From the NCBI GenBank assembly GCA_907165135.1, contig OU015568.1, positions 9,610,001 to 9,674,000 of the forward strand: a stretch of 64,000 bases of DNA, read 5' to 3'. Source of the stretch: Oikopleura dioica. Taxonomy: Eukaryota > Animalia > Chordata. Made by a program: the position numbers and the translations under genes. A model generated the notes under the pieces. It was not told the origin of the DNA. It was given only the letters and a program-made list of their open reading frames with translations, and ran no database searches. This document shows positions 13,019 to 25,114 of the stretch, piece by piece. Position 1 is the first letter of the stretch. The number at the start of each line of letters is the position of its first letter.

Positions 13019-14077
13019 AAAATAATTTAATTAACAAAATTTACTTAAACCCTAGCTCCAGTGAATTTTTCCGCTTTTCGACTTTTCAAGGCTAATTTCA
13101 CGCTATGATGCATAGTTTCGAGCTCCTCCGAAAAAAAGAGGCACCTGATATCAGGATCAAATACAGTTTTATACATTTTACGAGCAACGAGGAAGCCAGA
13201 ATGATGACGTCGACTTTTCGATGAAGAAAGAAGCTTTCCTTCGAAGTTTATTCTACGCGGGCAATCTCGAACACCGAGAACCTGTTTTTACTTTATACAA
13301 CTACTTTTGTATTGAAATAAAACTCTGCTGGCGGCTTTAAAAACTGAAGCGCCAGTTTAATTTATCTAAAAACAGATTGTTTCGTTATTTCCTGAGCAGG
13401 AAAATGATCATTGAATTTAGTTTTAACCCCCTTCCGACTAATAAACTGGCTAACTCTTATTCAATTATCAGATAAATTGGTACAAGGATTTTTATAAATT
13501 ATCGTTAAGGGTATAATATCGGAAAGCTAGTTAGAAAAAAACGACAAATTCATTGAGGGTCGGGGGATTTTATTCTATTCTAGTGATCGTTGACCAAAAA
13601 ACTAGTCAGTGAAATTCTTGAGAATAGAAAAAATTAATACGCGGCGTTCGTAAAACAAAACCACAACCTTACGCGGTGGTGATTTTCGAATTCTTGGTGT
13701 CATCAGAACTTGAAAGAATCGAGAGTGAAAAAATTTTGGCCAAGATGTTTAGGCATTCATGTTTTCCTTCAGCCTAATTGTGTAATGTTTGTGATGATAA
13801 CTTATTTTTCAAAGGGTTGGTAACGTGAGTTTTGTGTTTTAGAAAGACACTGTGAAACAGAACATGATTAATTTTCGTTCTATGTGGTAACGAAAATTCA
13901 ATTTGCTTTGTAAGACTGGATGATTGCTTTATCTCTCTAACTATAACTAAATAAATAAGGCTTTACCAAACTGCTAAATGGTGAAAAAATAGGAAAAATG
14001 CGTGTGATAATTTTGATATTTTTATTACTTGAACTTTTGAGAAAGAAAATGTACATTTAGTTGAAAGTAAAGAGGTT

Positions 14078-15007
14078 TTAACGACAGATAAAAGAAGTAG
14101 TTTCATCGTAAACAGTATTGCACTTGATTCCGGCGGGCCAAAGAGATCCATCAACCTTGATCGTTTCCATTTTGCACTCGCGGCGGGGTTCTCTGAGAAC
14201 TCGCTGGATATTGCCGCGGCCACAGCAAAGTCGATCGCAGCTGTTCTTTTCGGTTGATTCAGGATTGCATTCTCGTCCATGAGTGGTTTCACAGTGATTG
14301 ATGGAGTTTTTGATGTAAAGAAGTCGATCGCGAACGACGTACTGTCTGAAGATCGCTGGCAGTTCGTCCTGAGCGCGGACTTTCGCGGCGGATTCGTATT
14401 TTGCGCTGAGCTCGGTAGCTACTTTCTCGGGATCAGGGCTTCCTCTCCAGCAGGTTTTCTGGGTGCAGCTTCCGGATTGACCATGGCACTTGCAGACCAG
14501 ACGGCTGTGGCGATCCGCAGTGGTACGGCCGACATCGTTGTTGTGGAGCTCGACGGTTTTCTGGCCTTTGGCGCGGCGGGACATTGCCAAAACGTCGGTG
14601 AATTGAATCGCAAACATCCTCAGCTCAGCTTCGTCGCAACTTCCAGTGGCTCCGCTGCGGCAGATTTTCTTGAGCGCGGCGAGAAGTTGACCTGCTCCAA
14701 GGGCGTGGACGAATGCGCTTTCGCTTGTTGCTTGAGAAAGTTCAGGACCCACGGCGGGCAGTTTGTCGGCGCCTTGACAGCCCCAGAGGTGGCCTTTCAT
14801 TGTCGATTTGCACAAGTTGATGGTAGAAAGGGAAGCGGCTTTGAGTGCTGGCTGGAACTGCGGGTACTTCTGGCAGAGTCTCTTTTGAGGCCGAGTGAGG
14901 CCTTCGAATTCGCAGAGGTTCATTTCTTCGTTTGAATATCTGTGAAGGCCGAGCCATGAAAGGCCGGAAGTGGTAGAAAAGAGGAGGGAGAGAAAAGTGA
15001 TTTTCAT
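14078..15007 (-). CDS. WNT: Wnt family ligand, single exon, divergent (possibly one of the appendicularian Wnt11-like paralogues)
   Basis: Signal peptide MKITFLSLLFSTTSG, ATSESAFVHAL, LHNNDVGR, acylation motif CKCHGQSGSCTQKTCW, SCDRLCCGRG. 309 aa uninterrupted. Subfamily not determinable by eye. Confidence 0.92.
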   Translation of the reverse strand: MKITFLSLLFSTTSGLSWLGLHRYSNEEMNLCEFEGLTRPQKRLCQKYPQFQPALKAASLSTINLCKSTMKGHLWGCQGADKLPAVGPELSQATSESAFVHALGAGQLLAALKKICRSGATGSCDEAELRMFAIQFTDVLAMSRRAKGQKTVELHNNDVGRTTADRHSRLVCKCHGQSGSCTQKTCWRGSPDPEKVATELSAKYESAAKVRAQDELPAIFRQYVVRDRLLYIKNSINHCETTHGRECNPESTEKNSCDRLCCGRGNIQRVLREPRRECKMETIKVDGSLWPAGIKCNTVYDETTSFICR

Positions 15008-15055
15008 TTTCTGTGTTTTTGTTGTTTTGATTTGATTGTGCTGCTACAGGATGGA

Positions 15056-15062
15056 TTTTATA
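15056..15062 (-). promoter_or_regulatory. TATA box of the Wnt gene
   Basis: TATAAAA on the minus strand about 50 nt upstream of the ATG, preceded by a GC-rich block (15063-15240). Confidence 0.5.
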
Positions 15063-17262
15063 CCTCGCGCGCAGAGGGAAGTAGGGCGCCATCAGGTGAA
15101 AAACAGGTCGGCTGTGGCGCTGTTGCCTGAAAGCAGCAGCCTGTAAGAGTGCAGCCAGGCGGGCGACCAGCTGGGCGGCGAGTTTGCTGAAAATAGGCGG
15201 AAGCCGCGCTAAAAGCGGTTAAAAGAATGACCTTCAGTGGGTCACTTTCTTGTTTGAGAGCATTTCAGGGTCAGGATGAATCAAGAGTCATTCTGTAATC
15301 TTGACTTTGAGAATATTTTCTAAAATATGCTTCGCAGTTGCTTTTAATTATTGTACTAAAATGTTTATTACGATATTAATTTTTATGTGAGCATAGAAAG
15401 AAAGGAGTTTTGGATTACAAGTTGTTGAAATAGGATTGATGCTTGATCGGAGCATGTTTAACGAGTAATAATGGTTCGTAACAAAAACATTAACTCCATT
15501 CGCGATTGAAGCTGAGGACTCTACTTCGTAATCTCGATTTAGAACCTACTTTGTTAAAAATAGATTTTTGGGCAAAAATAAGTTCTTAACGTGTTTCATC
15601 CGAAACTCAAACTTGATTAGCTTTTTCCTTTTCTATTTTTATTTTTAAATAATTATCCGACGAAATGTTTTGTTTTGAAAAAGACGCAATTGTAGAAGGT
15701 GAGCAACGCTGACCACAGTAACACTAACACTGTAGAAATGCTTCATTCCGTGTCAAATGCTATTTTCTCGAAATTTACGAAAGTTACTTGTAACATGAAG
15801 CTTGGGGGTCGTGTTTTCTCAAGATTAACGAAATTGAAATTGATGTTTTTGCGGCAGAAAAATTTGAAAAAAATCTGATATTCGTTAATAAAAATGTGAT
15901 GTATTATCAAACATTTGGATTTGAAATGCGAGTTTTCTTTCGTTTTTAGAGTATTTTTTCCTTGCTATCAAGAAAAAGGGGGTTCAGATTATCTCACCCC
16001 AAAATTTGTCTAACAAAAAAATGATTGATAAAGGCAGAAGGCATAAATACTCAAACTGACTTTAGGGAGAAGACATTTAATTTTCGCCTACAGTAGTCAT
16101 CCATCTACTTGTGTTTGTGGTGTAAAAATCGCCGAGATTATAACAAGTTCTCGTTGAAGAACAATAATCTCCAATAAACCAACTTTCAAGCCGACGGAAG
16201 TAAACATAATAAATCCCTATCAACCGCGGCTGATTGAAGGGCAGTTTCGACCGCAGTAGAATCAGGTCAGCTACAGTAAAGTATCGCGCTATTGATCTTA
16301 CCAACTTTGTTATGATAGCTGTCTCGATTGAATTTTTTGAAGTTGTCTGAACTCGAATGGAACATCAATCAAAAAGAAAAAAAAATATAAAAAGGAAAAT
16401 TGAAAGGAGACACGTGTAGTAAAGATTTATTGTTGTTAGGAGAGAGGGATGAAACGATTGTTTTTGCATGTGCTCAGGTGGTAAAAGCGCTTGTTCGGGT
16501 AGATTAGCAAAGAAAAAAAACAAATATACTTTTTTCGAAAAGGGCAAAAAGGAGATGGAAAAGAAATAAACTTCTCGCCTTTTTTCTGTTTCTGAAGCTT
16601 TGAAAATGGAACGGATTTGTGTCCGGATGGAGTCGAAGGATGGAGAAACAGCTGGTTGCATTTTCGGCGAATGCGCATTTAAAAATTTTAACCCGAAGCG
16701 GGCGCAAATTTGAACCAGCTGCGGCGGATACACATCGGCGCCGCCTTTGCTTTTCGTGGAACGGAAATGGGACCGACGTTCCAGTGTTCAACCGGCGGTG
16801 CTTTACCAATAATACAGATGCAGACTTATTTTCAATTTGATTTGATTTTGTATTTTTAGGTTTTATGGACCTGCTAGTTTTGATTCTTGCTCATCAAGAA
16901 TGCTGCCAACTCGGAAAAAGAGATAATCTCTGTTTTTCCAACAATCAGTTGAAACTGGATCTTGCTGATTTTAAATTCCTCGTAGCAAGAATTATTTTTT
17001 TTTTGACAAGAATAAGAATCGAAGAATGTTTTAGTGATAATCCTCTTTTTGTTGAGAACAGGAATCGGCGCAGAAATCTGAAAAGCCAGACCAAAACTGC
17101 AGAAAACATGATTACCCCCTTTTGAATTATTGCACATCAAATCGAGCCCTGATTAAAGAATTGAATCTTTCTGAGTCCGTGGGAACACGGCGGTGAACAT
17201 GGCCGGCGCGGTAGGATTATTTCGATCCCTGACGCGGGTGGTGACACTCCAACTGTATTACC

Positions 17263-17278
17263 TGACCTAATCAGGTCA
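17263..17278. promoter_or_regulatory. Perfect everted repeat of nuclear-receptor half-sites (ER4)
   Basis: TGACCT-AATC-AGGTCA within a GC-rich non-coding block about 2.3 kb upstream of Wnt. Confidence 0.3.
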
Positions 17279-18207
17279 ACTGGGTTCTATTTTCCGCATA
17301 ATAAAAAACCGGAGAAATCTCCAATCGGAGAAGTGAGAAATTTTATCTTGGCAATAAATCCAATACTTTCTAAGTTGCGACCTAAGGCGAAGAATCAACA
17401 ATAAATCGAACAGATAAAGTAGAAAATGACAATAAAAAAAGGACAGCAATCAGCTGATTGGGCAGGGGCAATCAGTAGGTACCTGTATTACTGTATTGCT
17501 CGCCTGATAAGCCGCGCGGCGCTACAGTAGCTATCTTAATTACAAGCACACCTGCATATTTTAAGAGATATTTTGAGGAGTAAAAGAATCATTTGCTTTA
17601 CATTTTTAAACTGAAAACTTTCGGCAAAAGAAGAGAGCAAGTTCTGTAGGCCCAAAATGCCAAATAAAGCGTCTTATGAAATTTATTTTGTCAATTTTTG
17701 AAGCATGTTTAGCAAGATAATAGATGAAATTAACGTGTTTCCGAAAAAGAGTCCTTTTACATTTTCAAAACCTAGACCGTATATTTTGATAATTTCAGTT
17801 CTGATTATGCAAAAAAAAGATTAATTTATGAAATGACAGCGTAAAATCGATTGATGCTTCTTTCCTGCCTGTGGGCACTCCTTATTCTCGGATTTTGAAG
17901 CATTGGACTAAAACTTGCTCACTCCCGGAAACTCCGATTCTGATTATAAATTCTGAAGCAATTGAAAAATCTAAAAAATGGACACAGATTGGACTGGCTA
18001 TGTCGTTGGGGAACAGTACTCACTGAGGATCACTCCTAAGAGCTATTTTTGACAATATTTTTAGAGAAATGATGATGAGAAAAGCAACTTCACCGCATCA
18101 CACGAATCCGAGATCAGCGACGCTTGATTTTTGGCGAAAAACTTCGACGATAAATGAGTACAGAAAAATTCAGGTGCGAAAATCTTTACTTTGAAAATAC
18201 ATTTTTT

Positions 18208-18728
18208 CGGGTACCCTCCTTGTGCCGGGAAAAACCCGGAAATCCCGGCACACGGAGGGTCAAATCCGAGAGGTTCTAGAAATCTCCCCTTTCCGGCATT
18301 TAAAAGTTTTTCTAAGAGTTTTTCTATAATATTTGATCACGGTAGAGATCGATATTGTTTTGGCGATACTTTTCTATGTACGAATGCAAAGGATAAGTCA
18401 ATCTTTTATTCTAATAAGAGTTTGGTAAATTTTTATCCATGAAATTAGTATTCAGATCTGTACTTGACTTTAATGACGGTCAAGCAGATTATATATCTTT
18501 TACGACTGTATTCTTCTTTTATTTGGGTTAGGGTTAGGTAAAAAATGACAAAGACTGTTTTGAATTTTATTTTACAATTAGTTTTCCTTCAAAAACACTC
18601 GATATGAAGAGTTTTTTTGTCAAAATCAACGGCTTTTTGGGATTTCTAGAACGCCACCCTCCGTGTGCCGGGATTTTGGCCGAGAATCCCGGCACACGGA
18701 GGTTTTCCCGGCACACGGAGGGTATCCC
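18208..18728. mobile_element. MITE (~520 bp) with ~26-bp imperfect TIRs, subterminal repeats and 8(-9)-bp TSD
   Basis: Left GGGTACCCTCCTTGTGCCGGGAAAA; right TTTTCCCGGCACACGGAGGGTATCCC. Internal copies of CCCGGCACACGGAGG. CATTTTTT flanks both sides (18200-18207, 18729-18736). Confidence 0.82.
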
Positions 18729-19004
18729 CATTTTTTACGGCCACTTGATGGCGCTTTTTTTCTATTGACCAATCAGAGAAGCGTCTGGCAATGCAAGATT
18801 TATGCTCAAGAGCATCAGTAGAATCTTTTCAATAAAACTTTTTTTTTTATGAAATTTTTTTCTCTAGCTCCAGTTCTTTTTGACAAGAAGAGCGTGAAAA
18901 TGAATCGAAAATGTTGAAAATAAAATATTTTTATTTTCTTTCAAAGAAATTTTTCCCCGCCGCAGAAAAATGCACATCTTATCAAGAGAGTTATTTATAT
19001 AAAT

Positions 19005-19313
19005 GTGAAGAATGTCCGTGCTCTGGGAACTCAAGAATTTTCATCAAATTTCTTTACAAAGAAAAATATACCGCTCCCAAGAAAATTACTAGAATTATTC
19101 ATAAGTGGATTTGTTAAGTACGTGCGAAGAAAACAAACGAACATTCCAACCAGCTCCAACCACTACAAAGAGGAACATCTCGTCATCGCTCAGAAATTGG
19201 CGGCGATGGAAAAGAGGCGAGTGGGAACGCGCTTTTTGGACCACGAGATTACAGAAAAAGACATGGCAAAGCCTCTCCTCGTCAGCATCAAAGACTCTTG
19301 CGCCCTTATGTGA
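19005..19313 (+). CDS. Hypothetical ORF or transposon-derived relic
   Basis: 102-aa intronless open frame next to a MITE and telomere-like repeats; no motif recognised. Confidence 0.2.
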   Translation: MKNVRALGTQEFSSNFFTKKNIPLPRKLLELFISGFVKYVRRKQTNIPTSSNHYKEEHLVIAQKLAAMEKRRVGTRFLDHEITEKDMAKPLLVSIKDSCALM

Positions 19314-19693
19314 ATAAAAACTCCCCTTTGCTCTAGAATTTACATCGATTTCTGCAGGTTCAAAAAAGCAGCTCACAGCGGGGTGCCTCAGCGGGACGCC
19401 GCAGTTTTTTTTATATCATGGACGAAATTGCCCGCATCAAGCCTTTTTTCTTGCCAAAATTGCTGTTTATCCCACTCGCGTTCTAAACAAACCAAAATCT
19501 GCATCTTAGGTAACACTTGTTTACAAATGTTGAAAACTTTCAAGAGGCTGACGCTGTCTTTAGCAGGTGTAGTGAAAGGTATGACTTGATCCATTGACAA
19601 TGCATCATTGTAAATGCAGCGACCTCCTAGTTGGACTTTTCTACCTAAAAATTATTACAGTATAATGAAAAAAATGAGTCTTCAAGTACAGGG

Positions 19694-19717
19694 CCTAACC
19701 CTAACCCTAACCCTAAC
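19694..19717. repeat. Interstitial telomere-type (CCCTAA)n repeat, about 4 units
   Basis: cctaaccctaaccctaaccctaac; shorter arrays at 18525-18538 and 29689-29705. Confidence 0.75.
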
Positions 19718-20585
19718 ATGCTAAAAGATAAAAACTAACCTACTTTTGGGCTGAAAGTTACCGTCCAACGTGACTAAAATCGATATTTACTATGGCTTGG
19801 GAAAAACAAAAACTGTTTCGTGAAGGGAAATGTGCAAAATTACGGACGCGCAGTTTTTGCCAAAACAGCAGAGCTGAGGATTAACTTAGAGCCACTTGCT
19901 TTTCGAAAAACATTGAGATCATATTTACGCTACTTGCTTCGATTTTTAATGGACTGATACGGATTCGGGAAAAAAGAGTTTTTTGGAGAAGAAAGTTTAC
20001 GCTTGCAATTAAAAGTGTTTCGGGATCAAGATTAGCCGTGGTCTTTTCAGAAAGGGTCTGATGCGAAAAAGAAGAAAAATTGCATTTGGAAAATTTGTCG
20101 CATCAACACCTTCGCGCTTGAATTGGAAAACACAAAAAAGTCTGCCCGACCGGTTGTCGCGAAAAACAGGTTCCGCGCCAGTGTATTTTGACAGGCCCTT
20201 GATTGAGTGGATCTTTCCTCGCCTCAGAGATAAGAAGATAAACTCCCAATTGCGGATTATCATTAACGACGTAATCAAGCTGAAAATGATTGAAAAAGAA
20301 CAATATCGATTCTAGTATCGCCGTGTCCTGCTGAGCGAGAGCGAAAAGATATGCCGGAATAAGCAGGGCAATTAGCTAGTCATCCATTCTCTTCAATCTG
20401 ATAATAGTTTCTTACAAATTTTCGCAGGGAATATAAAAACTTTTGACTACTCTCACTTGTAGGAAGCTAATTAGACCCGGTTATAAACATGAATTTATAG
20501 GAAGTTGAAGATTAACACGGTCGATTTTAATTGTTGTTGTTTATGTTGAAATCATCAAAAATCCACCAGAGATAAAAAAAAGAGA

Positions 20586-21873
20586 ATGCTTCTTTCGATT
20601 ATTCTTTTTACACAGGCACAATTTTTTTCTGATGGTATTTTTCGGTCTGAAGAAGGATCTGTACCTGTAGACACAACCGAGAATATCGATACAACACCGG
20701 CGACAACAACAACAACAACAACAAAAACGACGAATTTTTTGGAAGAAGAATTGAAAATTAAAGTTTCAATCACCCTCAATATGAAGTTTTCTCTGAAAGA
20801 GAGAACCATTGATAACGGATTGTTTACGTCCAGCATGAACATCGCCTACGATCCGGAGGTAAATGGTATGTTTATTGTCTTCGAAAGCTTTGCTGCTCCG
20901 AATTCTCCACTCGTGCAGGATCTCTCCAATTTAATGAATGATGAGATAGACTTTGTTGATCTTTCAATTGGCAGATTCTCTGCTGCTCGAAAACGCTCAC
21001 TTTCACTCGTCGACGAAAAAAGACAGGCAAGAAGTCCAACAGAAGAAGCAACCAAAATGTCTTTTGTACCGCAATTGTCACTGCAACAATGGTTCTTGAG
21101 GAAACCTGGATGAAAACTTTGAATTCATCTGTTGAAAAGGATTAGAAGAAGAAGTAAAGAAAATTTTCCAAGAAATTAATTTTGATATTGGCGACTCGAA
21201 ATTTAATTATGTTCATGTTACAGGATTCGCACCCTTCTCCAGCGATTCTAAAGAAAATGCTGTCCAGGCATCAGTCGATATCAATTTCAACGCTTCAGCA
21301 AAAGTGAGGGAAAGTGAAGCCGACGCCAAGGTGAATGACGAGGCTACCTTTGAAGGTACAGTTAATGGTCTCGAGGAAGCTGTTATTGATTCATTGAATG
21401 CTGGTGATCTGATAATCCTTGCTGAAAGTGTAACAGAAGTTGAGACTGATATTATCCTCAATAATGACACCGTTAGACCTTACGAAGTGTCTGTGACCTT
21501 TACAGCTGATTTTGAGCAGGAAAGGACGTACAAGATTCCTCTTGAGAAAACATGTGAGAATCCGGTTAAACTCGATCTCGCTGATGATTCTTACGAGATA
21601 CCGGTGGGCTGCGATGTAGCCGAGCAAGTTGATAACTTAGCAGAAACAGCCAAAAACACGATCAACGAAGCTATCGCTGAGAGCACAATTGCTGAGGGGA
21701 AAGCTTTGCTGGGAAAAGTCACAAAATTGGCGACTACATCAACGCTCATCAAAGAAGGAAAAGATGGGCCAACAATCGTCTTCAACCCTTCTAATTTTCA
21801 GAAAAGCAGAAATCGAAAGCTAAGTGAAAAGCAAGGAAAAAGGATAAATTCACTTTTCGATCATTACCAATGA
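20586..21873 (+). CDS. Secreted or surface protein with Thr-rich stalk and SEA-like domains; 3' end uncertain (may extend to ~22047)
   Basis: Signal-like MLLSIILFTQA, poly-Thr run, alternating beta-type segments (LKIKVSITLNMKF; VQASVDINFNASAKV; YEVSVTFTADF). Confidence 0.5.
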
Positions 21874-22070
21874 ATCATTGGCAATGATCCATTGGATATT
21901 AAAATCCTACTAAAAGTTAAAGTTAGAGCAATTTTTGTAAAAGACTACAATGACACTATTCTAGTTGACGCTTGTGAAGATGCTGCAAAAAACCTCGAAT
22001 CAAATAATTCTAGGAAAAAGTCAAATCCTACACAGTCAATTAGATAGAAAGATATACGAGTTGAGTTTTT

Positions 22071-23410
22071 ATGAGCTTCACCTTCGTCGATGATTTTATT
22101 TATTGCAATCTTTTGAATCGACAGCTATTCTTGACTGAAACTCAAGAGCTGCTGACAGTCACTTTCAGTTTACGCTCGAAAATTCATGTCGAAGAACAAA
22201 TGTTTTCGGATAATCTGGAAACGGTGCTTCGAGAACGAAAATTGGAACTTCTAAATATTATTCCGTATTCTCCCGCGACAAAGGTATATTTCGCGGCTCA
22301 ACTGGTCGCTGTTGTGACGGTAATTATGGGTGGTACTTCCCTTATCATTGGGAATGTGTGGAAGGAAGGATGGTCTACTCTTTTTCATTCTTTGTTGATG
22401 GGCCTTTTGCAGGTTTTTGACATTTATCCTGATTTTTACGCCTGGTACGAGTACAATACGGATGATAAAGTTGCAGTGGCAGTTAATCCAGTCGTTTCAG
22501 CTTTCTTGATAATTTTCAGTGTGTTGAAGGTTGTCAGTTTTGTTGTTGTTATTTCGTTGGTCTTTGCAAAAGAAAAGCTAGAAAGAACAAACAATAAATA
22601 TGTGAAGAAAGCGTTTAACTTGATCGTGGAGACAAGCCTTTTGATAGTTATTTTTGGTAATGTTCAAAAATTTCTCCTTTACTTTTTCGTACGATTCCAA
22701 ATAATTTTCTTCATAATGAAATGTTATCAAGTCACATGATTCATGTGACATAATTTAGTATGAAGTTTAACTCGTAAATATTGGAATTCCTAAAGATGGG
22801 ACGAAATATGATTCCCGGCAGTCAAATAACCGTTGCTTTCTGGTTCTCCTTGATGGCAAATATCATCGTTTTCACTGCAACCATAGTCGAATTCTTCGCG
22901 GAATCATTTCTCCCGAAACTTGGACTGGAAAAATGGCTCGAGTTCCACAAGAAACAGAAAAGACTAACGCGGACGAACAAGTTTTGGTCAACGAAAATGG
23001 GCTTGGTGTTTCTAGGCATGGAAGTTGTTAATTTGATCTGCTCCCTTCTCGAAGTTATTCAGGCTGAAATAGTGGACAATTGTTTGGAAATCAGTGAAGG
23101 AATCAACAAGAACTATGAAACTTCTTTTTGCAAAAGCTTTGCCAGGGATACGGATTGGTATCGCAGGCGAATTCAAGAAAATGGTTTCTGTGTTGAAAAT
23201 GAGCTGACTAAAAACGGCTCTGACTTTCAAACAGTCGTTTATCCATTCGCACCTGGTTGCTCAAACAAGATTGAGTATCTTTTCATGGGACAGTTTTCTT
23301 TTCATTTCGAAACAGTAAAATTACAAATTTATGAAAACGACCTAAAGCATTCAGTGGACTTTCTTTGCTTCTTGGATTTATTCTTCTTTTTGGTCCTCGG
23401 CTCAGAATGA
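22071..23410 (+). CDS. Multi-pass membrane protein of unknown family
   Basis: Two long ORFs (222 and 209 aa) with about 6-7 hydrophobic segments and a Cys-containing loop. Confidence 0.5.
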
Positions 23411-23762
23411 TTAAATATCAAGATTTAGTGAAAAAGAAAAAAGTGAAAGTTAAGGGATTGTAGTTTAAAATTTTAAAATCATTATTTACCTGACATCGAA
23501 AACAACAAAAACTGACGCTAGCTTTATAAATAATGTATATTTTATTAAATTTTAATAAAAGTGCTTTTATGCTATTAAAAAATTGCCTGTAATTGCATAA
23601 ATGAGACGTGCATGATTTTCAAGCTTCGTGATGTCTGATTTACTCTCATTCAAACATCCAATATTTGCATTCTCTTTGAATTTGGCATTTGAATAGTAAC
23701 CAAACAGGGCATGAATAGCGCGCCACTTGACTCTATCTTCATTTCACAGAGAGAAAGAGAAA

Positions 23763-25045
23763 ATGTGGAATATCGTCGAGAACTATCTCGAGAGTTACGG
23801 CGATGCCCTTGGCCGCGCGTCCAAGATCGGCAAGTACTGGATCTCCATGTTCACCATTCTCCGATTCATGTTCCTCCTTTCCATCGCCGAGCCGGCCTGG
23901 GGAGGACACGGACTTGAATGCAACACTGACACGCCCGGCTGTGCCCGTCTTTGTGAAAACAAATTCTGGCCGCTGAATCCAACTTCTCTCTGGGAAATGC
24001 AGCTTCTGGCGATGATAATTCCAATCGGCTATTTCGTCATGTACTCAAACTGGAGAGTGGACAAGGTCAAATTGGCGATTCAGAAGAAGGATGATGATTA
24101 CAAAAACCACCCAAAGTAAATTTAAACAGATCTTTACCAAAGAGTTATCGCAATTTCAGGCGACAAGCGTACTTGACCAAGCTCGAAAAGCGAAAAGAAC
24201 ATCTCAAGGACGTCGAAGGCGATCTAATCCAGGACAAGGTGCAATTCTACAAGCTCAGGCACAGACCTCAAGCTCGGGCGAAACGAGAAGAGGAGGAAAA
24301 ACTACTTCTTGAGCGAGAGGATAAATACTTTAGTAAGCGAAAGATCTTAATTTCTCCTGTAATAGTTTTTAGTGCAACTTTTTCAAACGATGGAAGAAGA
24401 AGAAATGGCAGAGAAAGATGTCAACACCGACACTGACTTCGGATTCGGAGATGCTCATGCTATCAACCAGTACTACCCGATGTTGTATTTCTGGTACTTT
24501 TGCGTGGTCATGGTTCGAACGGCGATCGAGATCTCTTTTTGCTTCTTTTACTACATGCTTTACTACCCTAACTTTTTCATGGTGATGCCGATGGTCTATC
24601 TCTGCCACGCTGATGACGGAGGGTAAGAATGTTTTTTTGACGAATCAGATCAAATTGTTTTTTAGAGTCTTGAGCCCTTGTAATGGTATCGTCGAATGCT
24701 ATGTTGAACGGCCTTATTCGAAGACCTTGACGATTTGGTTCATGTTTGGCTTTTCCTTCTTCACAATCATTGTAAAAAAGTTCTTCAAAAATACTCTGTT
24801 ACGCGCTGATTTAGATGGGGTTCCTGGAATTGTGGACCCTTGGATTGGGCAACTGCTTTGTGTCGTTCAAGAACCGCAAGATCGACATCACCAAAGACTA
24901 CAAAGTCTCAACGATGGAGCAACAGTTCGCTCAGCAACAATACGTCCAGGGCGGTGGATTCGTCCAGTTCCAAGGAACTCGAGTCGATCACCAACGAGAC
25001 GAGATTGGAGACGATCCGGAAGGACCTGTTCTTATTGGTATTTAA
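23763..25045 (+). CDS. Connexin (gap-junction protein), multi-exon
   Basis: N-terminus MWNIVENYLES, IGKYWISMFTILRFMFL, EL1 C-x6-C-x3-C (ECNTDTPGCARLC), WEMQLL, EL2 ...PCNGIVECYVERP..KT, four TM segments. Confidence 0.92.
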
Positions 25046-25114
25046 TTCTGCCACTGCTAGTACCGCGATTTCACAATAAATTTTGATGACAATTTGAAGA
25101 TGATTTGCTTTATT

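Noticed and set aside
14279-14935. 218-aa plus-strand ORF
   Set aside because: Antisense shadow of the Wnt coding sequence.
16077-17140. Several 70-120-aa ORFs on both strands upstream of Wnt
   Set aside because: Non-ATG starts, no homology and no consistent splice path.
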